Of a stretch of 39,983 bases of DNA, positions 30,878 through 39,562 are shown piece after piece; within the stretch, counting starts at the first letter, position 1, and each line of letters opens with the position of its first letter. The stretch is from assembly GCA_045536855.1 (NCBI GenBank), contig JAZSOJ010000153.1, positions 1 to 39,983 on the forward strand. The letters run 5' to 3'. The notes under the pieces are model-generated. The model searched no databases. It saw nothing but the letters and a program-made list of their open reading frames with translations, and was not told the DNA's origin. This stretch comes from Clostridia bacterium (GTDB lineage: Bacteria; Bacillota; Clostridia; UBA1381; UBA9506). Both the position numbers and the translations under genes were made by a program.

Positions 30878-31167
30878 CCGTTGCGCTGCTGACCTATCGC
30901 CCGCCCACGGCTGACATGCTGGTGGATGTGATGATGGTCGGGCAACGTGAAGAGTTGAAACGGCGGCACATGGGCAACCTGATCTGGTGCGTTGCCCGGT
31001 TTGTGCAGCCTGATGCAGACCTGCCCAGCTATGCGGATTTTGCCGAACGGCTGGAGCGTGACACCTACGGCACCCACAGGGAGGTAAACGTGGGCGAGGC
31101 CATCGAGAATATGATTTCCACATTCCTCCCGAAACGAGGTGAAACCAATGGCCCAGAAACTGTTTGA
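30545..31167 (+). CDS. tail assembly chaperone G-T fusion made by -1 frameshift at 30838-30844
   Basis: Predicted junction ...KLFSGFF/YCLAAFGRQRV...MLVDVMMVGQ... The downstream ORF (track 30916-31167) is in the -1 frame and ends inside the tape measure start region. Confidence 0.65.
30838..30844 (+). promoter_or_regulatory. -1 programmed ribosomal frameshift slippery heptamer T TTT TTT
   Basis: Zero frame reads GGT TTT TTT ACT. The -1 frame is open from 30727 to 31167. Confidence 0.7.
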
Positions 31168-32599
31168 ACTGGAAGCGGATATTGTCCTGAATTCGGACAC
31201 ATTCGCCACCGATTTGTCCAATGCCGTGGACGATGCCAAAGCCCTTGCTACTGAGATTGATGATCTGAACACCGCCCCGGTGGGGGTTACTGCAACGAGG
31301 CTTAATAATGTGGTGGGTGATGCCACCAAGATCAAGATGGATATCGACACTGCCAGACAGTCGGCTGATGATACAGGAGATAAGCTGTACGAGCTTGGCT
31401 ATAAAGGAGGCCAAGCAATAAGGGGATTGCTTGAAATCTTCGCCGGTGTTGCTGGGTCTGTTGTCGAAACTGTCGTCGCTGGCATCTTCGAGCTGGGCGC
31501 TGAGGGTATCGAAAAAGCAGCTGCTACGGATAGCCCATTGGCGCAAGCCTACAACAGAGCCGTTGAAAACCTTGACATAACAAGGGAATTGACGAAACTG
31601 GAAGTCGGCGAAGCTCTTTTGCCGTTGGCAACGAAATTCCAAACATATCTGGACAAAATACTTTCTTCCATTCTTGGTTTTGATAAGGCTGATAAGGTGC
31701 TGTATTTCCTCGACCAAGTGGAATCATACAGAGCCGACAACCTGAAAACAGTAGCTGAAAACGTTGAAGGCCTTTTTTCTGCTTTTGAATCTGTGCAGGT
31801 GAAGGAAGATCTTCCGACGATCGAGAGCATGGCCGAAGGTGTGGAAAGCCAGACCCAATACTGGGAAGATTATGTGGCAACTCTGGAAAGCCTCAAAGCC
31901 AAAGGTGTCGATACTCAGTTTTTGGCTGACATCGCAACTGGATCGGTAGAAAGCTTTGCCCAGCTCCAGGCGTTGGATGCTGCTGATCTTGACGCTCTGG
32001 AAGAATTTATGACAAGCATGAGCGATCTGCAAGCTGCTGAAAGCGCTGCCGCCGAGAGCATCAATAACGTGCAAGTGGATGCCTATCTTGGCTCTGAATC
32101 TTTGAAAGAAACATTCGTTGACCTTGTGGATGGCATCAACCAAGAGGAGGCCGCAAAACTTTCGGCTCAAGCGACAACCGATGGAATCATTTATACTCTC
32201 GCGGCGGCTTATCCTCAAGTTGCAAGCTGGGTTGATGCGATTCGGGCAGAATTTGCGGAACTTGGCATGCTGAATTACACACCTTCCGAAGGACTTTTCA
32301 GGCCATTGGATAAAGGGACACCCAAAGTAGGAACGAACAGCGTAAACGCCCACGGCCTTTCCTATGTCCCGTATGACGGCTACATCGCCGAGCTGCATGC
32401 AGGTGAACGTATCCTCACCCGCCAGCAAGCAGAAGAAGCCGAAAGAAGCGCAGGAAAACCCGCTGCTGCATTGGAACCGGGCATGATCCGGCGGGAAATG
32501 GTCTCAGCCCTATCCGAATGGCTGGCACCCGTCAGCACTAATCAAGTGATTGGCATCGTCAACAATGGCCTTGCAAATGAAACGAGGGGGGTGCGATAA
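31148..32599 (+). CDS. tape measure protein
   Basis: Alpha-helical 483 aa following G/G-T. ATG 31148 follows GAGGTGA. Confidence 0.75.
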   Translation: MAQKLFELEADIVLNSDTFATDLSNAVDDAKALATEIDDLNTAPVGVTATRLNNVVGDATKIKMDIDTARQSADDTGDKLYELGYKGGQAIRGLLEIFAGVAGSVVETVVAGIFELGAEGIEKAAATDSPLAQAYNRAVENLDITRELTKLEVGEALLPLATKFQTYLDKILSSILGFDKADKVLYFLDQVESYRADNLKTVAENVEGLFSAFESVQVKEDLPTIESMAEGVESQTQYWEDYVATLESLKAKGVDTQFLADIATGSVESFAQLQALDAADLDALEEFMTSMSDLQAAESAAAESINNVQVDAYLGSESLKETFVDLVDGINQEEAAKLSAQATTDGIIYTLAAAYPQVASWVDAIRAEFAELGMLNYTPSEGLFRPLDKGTPKVGTNSVNAHGLSYVPYDGYIAELHAGERILTRQQAEEAERSAGKPAAALEPGMIRREMVSALSEWLAPVSTNQVIGIVNNGLANETRGVR

Positions 32600-33360
32600 T
32601 GCTGAACCGCTACGAATGCAGTCTGGACGGCAAGCCGCTTTCGGCGATCTCCCCCAGCATCTTCATCACCGACATCCGGGAGGATGCTCCCCCGGACAGG
32701 ATCACCGCCGAACCATACGCCATCCATAACGGCTCCCGCTTCATCCGTAAGCAGCGGGAGTCGCTTTCTGTTTCGGTGGAATTCGCCATCCGGGAGCAGG
32801 ACGAAGCCCGCCGGATGGAAGTGTGCCAACTGATCCAGAAATGGGCGAAAAACGGCGGGTATTTTGCCCGTAGTGACCGCCCCGGGCAACGGCTCAGGGT
32901 ACGCTGCGAAACCCTGCCCAGCGTGGCTTCCGCGATGAAATGGACGGAGATTCTTTCCATGGTTTTCACCGCCTACGAGCTGCCCTATTGGGAGAGCGTA
33001 GCGGCGACCACCGTCACCACCACCGGCAAAAAGGCCGTGTTCGTCCCCGGTACGGCAGATCATTGCCGGGCAAACGCCACCATCACCGCCACCGGCGGCA
33101 CACTTACCAGCCTGACCATCACCACCAAAGCCAGCACTATTTCTCTGTCCGGCATCAATATTGCCAATGGCGGCAAGGTGGAGGTCGGGCACGATGATAA
33201 CGGCTATCTGTTCATCCGCAGCGGCAGCACATCCCTGATGGCCTACCGCACAGAGACCAGCGACGATGATTTGCTGATCCCTTGTGGACATAGCGAAATC
33301 AACGTGTCCGGTAATGTGGCTGTCAGCATGAGCCTGAGCGCAAGGGGGGTATGGCTTTGA
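32599..33360 (+). CDS. distal tail protein (Dit-like)
   Basis: 253 aa immediately after the tape measure; RBS GAGGGGGG. Confidence 0.65.
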   Translation: MLNRYECSLDGKPLSAISPSIFITDIREDAPPDRITAEPYAIHNGSRFIRKQRESLSVSVEFAIREQDEARRMEVCQLIQKWAKNGGYFARSDRPGQRLRVRCETLPSVASAMKWTEILSMVFTAYELPYWESVAATTVTTTGKKAVFVPGTADHCRANATITATGGTLTSLTITTKASTISLSGINIANGGKVEVGHDDNGYLFIRSGSTSLMAYRTETSDDDLLIPCGHSEINVSGNVAVSMSLSARGVWL

Positions 33361-35030
33361 GGGTGAGATTACCGCAGCTTTTGAGCAAAAGCACGCTGAA
33401 ACCCTCCACCCTGCTTCACCCCCTGTCCCTTTCCGTGCAGCGTGAGTTGATCCCCTGTTCCTCTGCCCGCATGGTGCTGCCAGAGGGCGAGAAGGTCGCC
33501 ATCAAGGACTTTGTGCGCCTGTACACCATCAACGGGGATGAGGGTATCTTCCGGGTGACAGCGGTAGCTCCTGCCATCCCCGGCGGTACCGATGTGGTGC
33601 TGAGCCATGGCCTGTGTGTGCTGTATGACGCACGCATGACCGGCACGGGAACGCTTGAGGGGTCGCTGGGGGATGTGGTGCGTCAGCTTCTCTCTCATCA
33701 GGTGGTATCCGTGGGTGGAACACCCCTTCTCAATGCTGGCAGCTTCGCCAGCGGGGTGAACATCCGGGTGGAATACAGCAATTCAAGAGTTTTGGATTTA
33801 CTGGAAGAAGCCTGCGAAAAGGCATACACCGAAAAGCTGACCATTGAACAGTCCTCTATCCCTTGGGTGGTGGGTTCCGTGGCTCTGTCCAACAGCCCCA
33901 CCGCCGAGGGACGTTTTTCCCGAAACCTGCAATCGGTCAGGATCAACATGGATGATGACGATCAATGCACCCGGCTGATCGTTGAGCATACTGACTGGGA
34001 AACCGACGAAAAGACCTACACCACCCATGATGCGGATACCATCGGGCAATACGGCATCATCGAGGATGTGTGGCCTGTACCCTACGGAGCCACACAGGCC
34101 GAGGAAGGCGCCTACATCGCGGAGCTGTTTCGGCAGCGCAAGGAGCCAAGCACCAGCATCCAGATTGACGCTGTTGATCTTTTCGCCGTCACGGGGGAAC
34201 CCCTTGACCGGCTGGACACCGGCGACATGATGCGCTGCTGCATGCCGGACTATGATACCACCATCAACAATCGCCTGATGACGGTGCATTTCCCTGATGT
34301 GTACGGGGATCCTCATGCGGCGCGGGCATCCCTGCGCAATCGTCACCGCCGTTTGTCCGACATGCTGCGCACCGTGCGCCGGGATGTGGATCACGAGACG
34401 GTCATCAACAATCGGCGGTATGGCGGCGCGTCCTCCCGCATCGATCAGACAAACATCCGGCTGGAAGCCACTTACGAGGAAGTGGAACAGTTGGATAACA
34501 CCACCAAGGAAACATTCAATCGGGTTTTTGTTGATCTGGATGCCAAAAAAGCCGCCATCGAGTTGAATACTTCCAGCATCGTCAGGGTTGGCGAGGATGT
34601 AAGCGTTGCACAGGCGCAGCTGATCGTTCAGGCCGGACAGATCAGCACCAAAGTGAGCAAAGATGGCGTTGTGTCTGCCATCAACCAGACCCCGGAAACG
34701 ATCTTGATACAGGCCAGCAAGATCAATTTGGTTGGATATGTGACCGCCAGTCAGCTATCGGCAGAGATTGCCAACATTAGTCGGTTTTTTTCTGGCGTTG
34801 CAGAAGCGTCTGTGCTCAAAACCACCATGCTCAATTGTACCAGTACCATGCTTTACAAGGATACGGCGGTCAGTTGGAAGGAAAAAAGTGTGGTAACCGG
34901 TGTGAACATCACACAAGAAAAAAACATTGTTTCGGTTAAGGACACAAACGGCAACACCGTTGTCATTAACTATGTAACCGGCGTTACCGCAACCCCAACT
35001 CGAAGCACTTTGTCTTATCTTGGCAACTAA
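33351..35030 (+). CDS. tail-associated (Tal-like) minor structural protein
   Basis: 559 aa after Dit. C-terminal coiled-coil and beta-rich region. Confidence 0.6.
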   Translation: MALRVRLPQLLSKSTLKPSTLLHPLSLSVQRELIPCSSARMVLPEGEKVAIKDFVRLYTINGDEGIFRVTAVAPAIPGGTDVVLSHGLCVLYDARMTGTGTLEGSLGDVVRQLLSHQVVSVGGTPLLNAGSFASGVNIRVEYSNSRVLDLLEEACEKAYTEKLTIEQSSIPWVVGSVALSNSPTAEGRFSRNLQSVRINMDDDDQCTRLIVEHTDWETDEKTYTTHDADTIGQYGIIEDVWPVPYGATQAEEGAYIAELFRQRKEPSTSIQIDAVDLFAVTGEPLDRLDTGDMMRCCMPDYDTTINNRLMTVHFPDVYGDPHAARASLRNRHRRLSDMLRTVRRDVDHETVINNRRYGGASSRIDQTNIRLEATYEEVEQLDNTTKETFNRVFVDLDAKKAAIELNTSSIVRVGEDVSVAQAQLIVQAGQISTKVSKDGVVSAINQTPETILIQASKINLVGYVTASQLSAEIANISRFFSGVAEASVLKTTMLNCTSTMLYKDTAVSWKEKSVVTGVNITQEKNIVSVKDTNGNTVVINYVTGVTATPTRSTLSYLGN

Positions 35031-35041
35031 GGAGGAGCCTT

Positions 35042-35209
35042 ATGCTCGAAAAATTGAATGGCATCAAAATCGCGCTCAACACAGTCGCGGTGAGCGGGCG
35101 CAACGATATCAACACCATGGCTGGCGTTTTCCATGTGCTGGATGAACTGTGCATGGAGGCCGCCGAGAAGGAAGGTGCAGCGAATGGAACTAAAAACCAG
35201 CAGGGATAA
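35042..35209 (+). CDS. small hypothetical protein (55 aa, below the track cutoff)
   Basis: ATG 35042 follows AAGGAGGAG. Confidence 0.4.
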   Translation: MLEKLNGIKIALNTVAVSGRNDINTMAGVFHVLDELCMEAAEKEGAANGTKNQQG

Positions 35210-35447
35210 GGTTTATCCTATCGTTTGGGCAGATGTGGCATCCAGCGGCGTGCTTTACATGCAGGTGCAGGACAGCCGCCCCCTTGCCCAGATCGCCGAG
35301 GATTTCGACGGGCTGGAATGGCTGGAGCGCATCAGCGAGGATCAGGGCGACAAGCGTTTCGATGGCTACAGCGTGCTGACCGGTGTTGACCGCATCACCC
35401 CGGATGTGGTCAACGTGACCATCCGAAAGGGGGAAAACAATGGCTGA
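35184..35447 (+). CDS. hypothetical tail-region protein
   Basis: ATG 35184 follows GAAGGAAGG; 87 aa. Confidence 0.45.
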   Translation: MELKTSRDKVYPIVWADVASSGVLYMQVQDSRPLAQIAEDFDGLEWLERISEDQGDKRFDGYSVLTGVDRITPDVVNVTIRKGENNG

Positions 35448-36714
35448 TCTGTTTTCTGCTCTGCCTTACGTGGTGGATCTGGATAAGCCGGTAACCAAGA
35501 CCATGATGTATAACCTGTTTGTGACAACGAACAAAAAGGCGCACCGGTTCATCATCACCCTGCGCCGCGGCGGTGTGGATGTGCCTTTCACCGGCTCGGT
35601 GGTGGGTACGCTCATCAACTACTCCGATATGATGACGCAGGAATACCCCGGCAGGGCTGAGGATGGCAAGGTCGTGTTTGACTGGCCTGCCTCTTTTTAT
35701 GCCAAAAGCGGCCTTTTTTGCGTGATCATCACCGTGGATGACGGGGAGGTAAGCAACAGCGTTTTCGCCGCAGAGGGCAGCATGATTCTGGGCGAGACGG
35801 ACACCCTGTACGACCCCAGCCATGTGGTGCCGTCTCTTGCAGAGCTGCTTGCGCAAATTGACGCGACACGGAACGCTGCTACGGATGCCAACAATGCCGC
35901 CGACTCGGCGAGTCGTGCCTCCACCGATGCCAATTCTGCCGCCGACAGGGCAAATGCCGCAGCTCAGTCCATCGAGGGACTGACTGTGAGCGCATCGCCG
36001 GGCGCTGCTGCTGATGCGGAGATCACCGAGCAGGATGGTGCTAAACACATCCACTTTACATTGAAAACCGGGGAAACGCCTGTCATTACGTTCTCAGTTG
36101 CGACGGGTGCGCCGGGCACACAGGTGCAGGTACAGCAGTCCGGCACGCCGGAAGCGCCGAATGTGCTGTTGACGATTCCTCGGGGGGATACGGGTGCTGT
36201 GGAGGGCATTGATTATTTTGCCGGGAATCCGTCTGCCCTTGGCACGGCTAACCCCGGCACGGTAAATGGCGTTGCCCGCGGTGACCATGTACATCCTATG
36301 CCAACGGCCAATAATGTTGGCGCGCTGCCCATAGACGGCACGGCTGCGGATGCAAGCAAGCTGGGAGGGAAAAACCCTGATTATTTTTGCGGGATGCCTG
36401 ATTATAGCGCAACGGAAACGCTTTTTAGTGTTTCCCCAGCACCTACGGCAAATTCGGTGTTTGATTTTACATGTGAGGAAAGCGGCTGGATTCTTGCGAT
36501 AATTAACACACTAACAGCAAGTGCGCACCCATTCATGACTGTTTTGATAAACGGCGCGGTTGTCTTTTATAACGCAAAGGGTGCGGCAGACGTTTATCTG
36601 GTTCGCACAACGCCGGTAATCCCTGTTCGGGCTGGCGATGAAGTCAAAATAACGCTCGGTGACTATGATGTTGGCGGGTCGAGTAGAACGGTGTATTTTT
36701 ACCCTAACTCGTAA
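35440..36714 (+). CDS. tail fibre / receptor-binding protein with a BppU-like N-terminal domain
   Basis: N-terminal Ig-like region; Ala/Asn/Asp coiled stalk (ATDANNAADSASRASTDANSAADRANAAAQS); fibre motif ARGDHVHPMP. The C-terminal head domain is AT-richer. Confidence 0.7.
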   Translation: MADLFSALPYVVDLDKPVTKTMMYNLFVTTNKKAHRFIITLRRGGVDVPFTGSVVGTLINYSDMMTQEYPGRAEDGKVVFDWPASFYAKSGLFCVIITVDDGEVSNSVFAAEGSMILGETDTLYDPSHVVPSLAELLAQIDATRNAATDANNAADSASRASTDANSAADRANAAAQSIEGLTVSASPGAAADAEITEQDGAKHIHFTLKTGETPVITFSVATGAPGTQVQVQQSGTPEAPNVLLTIPRGDTGAVEGIDYFAGNPSALGTANPGTVNGVARGDHVHPMPTANNVGALPIDGTAADASKLGGKNPDYFCGMPDYSATETLFSVSPAPTANSVFDFTCEESGWILAIINTLTASAHPFMTVLINGAVVFYNAKGAADVYLVRTTPVIPVRAGDEVKITLGDYDVGGSSRTVYFYPNS

Positions 36715-36728
36715 TAGGAGGTGATCGA

Positions 36729-37028
36729 ATGTTTTTAGCAATTGACGAGCGCGGTGTGATTCACGGATTCAGCAAATACCATACCAATTTCGGAAAGGAG
36801 TATATGCAGCAAGAAACCGCCGCAATCAAAAAAACGCCTGCAGACGCATTCGACGAGCGAGGGATTCCCTGCTACCGCTACGGCAAAGAAAGCGACAAGG
36901 TTATTCGCCGAACACAAAGCGAAATTGATGCGGATTATACCGAGCATGAAGCCGCCCCAACGCCTGAACAGCGCATTGCAGAGCTTGAAAAGGCCTTAGA
37001 GCTTCTTTTGTCGGGGGTGACGGAATAA
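36729..37028 (+). CDS. hypothetical protein downstream of the fibre gene
   Basis: RBS TAGGAGGTGA; 99 aa. Confidence 0.5.
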   Translation: MFLAIDERGVIHGFSKYHTNFGKEYMQQETAAIKKTPADAFDERGIPCYRYGKESDKVIRRTQSEIDADYTEHEAAPTPEQRIAELEKALELLLSGVTE

Positions 37029-37204
37029 TGAAGCCAGAATTGCGGGAAAAGATTATCAAATTCAACAGGCAACGGGCGGCAGATGCAAAAAAAGCGGAAT
37101 GGTTGACCACTTTGTTCTCCCGGCTCCCGCCCGGCATCGTGAAACAGCTCTACAAAGACCCCGTCTGTGCGGAAATTCTGAAGCAGAATGGGGTCGAACA
37201 GTAA
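37028..37204 (+). CDS. small hypothetical protein (58 aa, below the track cutoff)
   Basis: ATG overlaps the upstream TAA. MKPELREKIIKFNRQRAADAKKAEWLTTLFSRLPPGIVKQLYKDPVCAEILKQNGVEQ. Confidence 0.4.
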   Translation: MKPELREKIIKFNRQRAADAKKAEWLTTLFSRLPPGIVKQLYKDPVCAEILKQNGVEQ

Positions 37205-37218
37205 GGAGGGATCATCAT

Positions 37219-37332
37219 ATGAATCCATTGCATCTGATATGGATTGTGCCCGTGTGCACGCTGACCGGAGGCGTTTTGATGGCACTGGCTGCTGCGAGCG
37301 GAAGAAACAGCAACGGCGGTGATAGCGCATGA
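37219..37332 (+). CDS. 37-aa membrane peptide upstream of the endolysin
   Basis: ATG 37219 sits 8 nt after AAGGAGGG. MNPLHLIWIVPVCTLTGGVLMALAAASGRNSNGGDSA. ATGA-coupled to the endolysin. Confidence 0.45.
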   Translation: MNPLHLIWIVPVCTLTGGVLMALAAASGRNSNGGDSA

Positions 37333-38120
37333 TCACCGTCAATCAATTTTTGGAGGCGGTGCAGGCCATCGCCATGACCCCTGGCCTGACCTACCGCATA
37401 GGCGGCACCGGCACTGATGGCACATGCGACTGCATTGGCCTGATCATCGGCGCTATCAATAGGGTGCAAAAAACGGTTTTTCCGCGCAAAAGCACCAATT
37501 ATTTCGCCCGGCATGAGATGGCGACCTTTGAGCCTATAGAGGATGCTGACATCCTGCCGGGGATGATCGTCTATAAAGACCGCCCGGACACAGGCCAGCT
37601 CAACGACAGCTATAAACCCGGTGGAGAGTTTTACAACGGCGACCCACGAGACCACTACCACGCCGGGGCGGTGCTGTCCACCCTTCCGCTGTCCATCGTG
37701 CATTGCACCTCTGGCGGCGGTGTAAATGGCATCACCTATGATGATGATCTGTCCAATTGGTCACATGCTGGCAAGTTGAAACTGGTCGAGTTTGCAGAGG
37801 ATGTGATCGACATGTCCGAGACCACTCAGGCCGTTGTAGTTACGCCCGACGGCAACCCCGTCAAGCTGCGATCAACCCCCAGCACCGACAAACCGTACAT
37901 CGCCAAGATTCCCGATGGGGATAATGTGCAGGTGTTTGCCGATGCGCAGGGCTGGGCAAAAGTGATTTGGCAAGGCCGGGCTGGCTACTGCATGAGTAAA
38001 TTTTTGCAGTATGATGGGCAGCCTGAGCCGGAGGACGCTGCAACGCCCAGATGGGCGGCCTTGATACTGGATAAGCTGGATCAGGTGATTGGGCTTTTGA
38101 AGCGTGGAACCGCTGATTGA
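37329..38120 (+). CDS. endolysin: NlpC/P60-like cysteine peptidase with a C-terminal SH3b domain
   Basis: Catalytic-type GTCDCIGLIIGA and DHYHAGAVL. C-terminal VKLRSTPSTDKPYIAKIPDGDNVQVFADAQGWAKVIWQGRAGYCMSKFL. Confidence 0.75.
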   Translation: MITVNQFLEAVQAIAMTPGLTYRIGGTGTDGTCDCIGLIIGAINRVQKTVFPRKSTNYFARHEMATFEPIEDADILPGMIVYKDRPDTGQLNDSYKPGGEFYNGDPRDHYHAGAVLSTLPLSIVHCTSGGGVNGITYDDDLSNWSHAGKLKLVEFAEDVIDMSETTQAVVVTPDGNPVKLRSTPSTDKPYIAKIPDGDNVQVFADAQGWAKVIWQGRAGYCMSKFLQYDGQPEPEDAATPRWAALILDKLDQVIGLLKRGTAD

Positions 38121-38150
38121 TAGTCAAACCAAAACAAAGGAGCGAAGACT

Positions 38151-38609
38151 ATGGGAACGATTTGGGATAAGGTGATTAAGATGTTGGCCGGTATCGGCGG
38201 CGCTATCGCTGGCGCATTTGGCGGCTGGGATATGCTGCTGATGGTGCTGGTAGTGATGATGGTGATCGACTACATCAGCGGTATTGTGGTGGCCCTGATG
38301 GGCAAGAGCGAAAAGAGCGCCACCGGTGGCCTGAGCAGCGCTGTGGGCTTTGCTGGCATTGCCAAAAAGGGCCTGATGATGCTGGTGGTGCTGGTAGGTG
38401 CCATGCTGGACAGAGCCATGGGAGCCACCCATGCAGTATGCCGGGATGCGGTGTGCTGGTTTTATATTGCCAATGAGGGCTTGAGTTTTTTAGAGAACCT
38501 GAACCGGGCAGGCGTGGAGTTCCCGGAGTTGATCCAACGTGTGTTGGGTCTGAAAAAGCAGGAGGCCGAAGGCAAAATCGATGAATTGCCGGACGGCACA
38601 GAGGAGTGA
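38151..38609 (+). CDS. holin (Phage_holin_4_1 / toxin-secretion holin family)
   Basis: MVIDYISGIVVA...GGLSSAVGFAGIAKKGLMMLVVLVGAMLD...ANEGLSFLENLNRAGVEFP. Confidence 0.85.
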   Translation: MGTIWDKVIKMLAGIGGAIAGAFGGWDMLLMVLVVMMVIDYISGIVVALMGKSEKSATGGLSSAVGFAGIAKKGLMMLVVLVGAMLDRAMGATHAVCRDAVCWFYIANEGLSFLENLNRAGVEFPELIQRVLGLKKQEAEGKIDELPDGTEE

Positions 38610-38801
38610 TGCCATACGCCCACCAACAGCGAGATCAATGGCATCATCAATGAGCACATCCACAGCCAGCGTGACCGGGGAATCCTCCGGCGTGCCAAGG
38701 TGGACGGAATTTGCTATGAGCAGATAGCCGAGGAATTCTCGGTAAGTCGCACGACAGTATACAACACCGTGCGCAAACACAGAAGTCTTTTTCCCGACTG
38801 A
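38610..38801 (+). pseudogene. start-less sigma-region-4-like HTH ORF in frame with the holin stop
   Basis: 63 sense codons directly after the holin TGA in the same frame: ...QRDRGILRRAKVDGICYEQIAEEFSVSRTTVYNTVRKHRSLFPD. No ATG, and no credible GTG or TTG start. Confidence 0.4.
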
Positions 38802-38805
38802 CTTT

Positions 38806-38832
38806 GACCACCCTTCGGGGTGGTCTTTTTTT
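38806..38832 (+). terminator. intrinsic terminator
   Basis: GACCACCC-TTCG-GGGTGGTC followed by TTTTTTT. Confidence 0.85.
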
Positions 38833-38917
38833 ATGCCTTTTTTGAACAATGTTGATACGGCTCTTTCTCGTGGAAACTGTCAAAAAGCGAGAAAATTAGC
38901 CCATCGGAGGTGATGAG

Positions 38918-39466
38918 ATGGCTAACTATCCCTACTATCAGCCACCCATGATGATGGGCTATCAGCAACCCGCACAACAGCAGCAGAACGGGCTTTTTTG
39001 TCGCCCGGTGACCTGCCTTGATGAGGTGAGAGCCACCCCTGTGGATTTTTCCGGGTCGCCGATGGTGTTTTTGGATGCTGCCCATGGCATGGCCTACACC
39101 AAAGCGTTCAACAGCATGACCGGCGATTCGGAGATCATCCAGTATCGGCGTGTGGCTGCCCAGCAACCACAGACCGTCTCGGTTGAGGCTTTCGCTCAGT
39201 TGCAGCAGACGGTTGCGACCCTACAGCAGGAGCTGGATGAAATCAAGAATCCCCGCATAGAGGAGGACTATCCGTATGAACAACCTGATCGGCAATATCC
39301 TGACCGCTATTCGCAGCGGCGCAAACCCTATGCAGACGATTATGCAGACAGTGCAGAGCAACCCCAATTTGAAACAGGCGAACAGTATCTTGCAAGGCAA
39401 AGACGCTCGTCAGCTCGAGCAGACTGCCCGGAATATGTACAAGGAGAGGGGCATCAACCCCGATGA
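38918..39466 (+). CDS. hypothetical protein with a Q/P/M/Y-rich N-terminus, a small globular core and an R/D/E/Y/P-rich tail
   Basis: RBS GGAGGTGA. The 3' ~190 nt overlap ORF 39276-39494. Confidence 0.5.
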   Translation: MANYPYYQPPMMMGYQQPAQQQQNGLFCRPVTCLDEVRATPVDFSGSPMVFLDAAHGMAYTKAFNSMTGDSEIIQYRRVAAQQPQTVSVEAFAQLQQTVATLQQELDEIKNPRIEEDYPYEQPDRQYPDRYSQRRKPYADDYADSAEQPQFETGEQYLARQRRSSARADCPEYVQGEGHQPR

Positions 39467-39494
39467 TGTACTCCGCCAGTGGGGTTTGAAATAA
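39276..39494 (+). CDS. small helical hypothetical protein (72 aa)
   Basis: ATG 39276 sits 9 nt after AGAGGAGGA. Helical-looking sequence. Confidence 0.55.
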   Translation: MNNLIGNILTAIRSGANPMQTIMQTVQSNPNLKQANSILQGKDARQLEQTARNMYKERGINPDDVLRQWGLK

Positions 39495-39562
39495 CGATAC
39501 CAACGTTGAGTGCACGCAGCGTTTGTATATATCAACTCAACAAAAAGGATGTGAAAAATCCA

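Larger units (their letters stand above)
1848..38832. mobile_element. integrated temperate siphovirus-type prophage; right end not defined and may extend beyond 38832
   Basis: tRNA-fragment junction plus integrase at the left, then complete lysogeny, replication, packaging, head, tail and lysis modules in canonical order. No second att copy was found in the window. Confidence 0.85.

Noticed and set aside
29804-31717. 637-aa minus-strand ORF, the longest in the track
   Set aside because: It spans four well-supported plus-strand tail genes and their intergenic RBSs. It has no RBS and no recognisable domain, so it is a shadow ORF.
38117-38133. TGATTGATAGTCAAAC resembles the attL/tRNA fragment segment TGATTCGTAGTCAAAC (1884-1899)
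   Set aside because: It lies between the endolysin and the holin. The adjacent sequence has no tRNA 5' half (no acceptor or D arm on the minus strand). A 9-mer plus 5-mer match is within chance for 2 x 40 kb.
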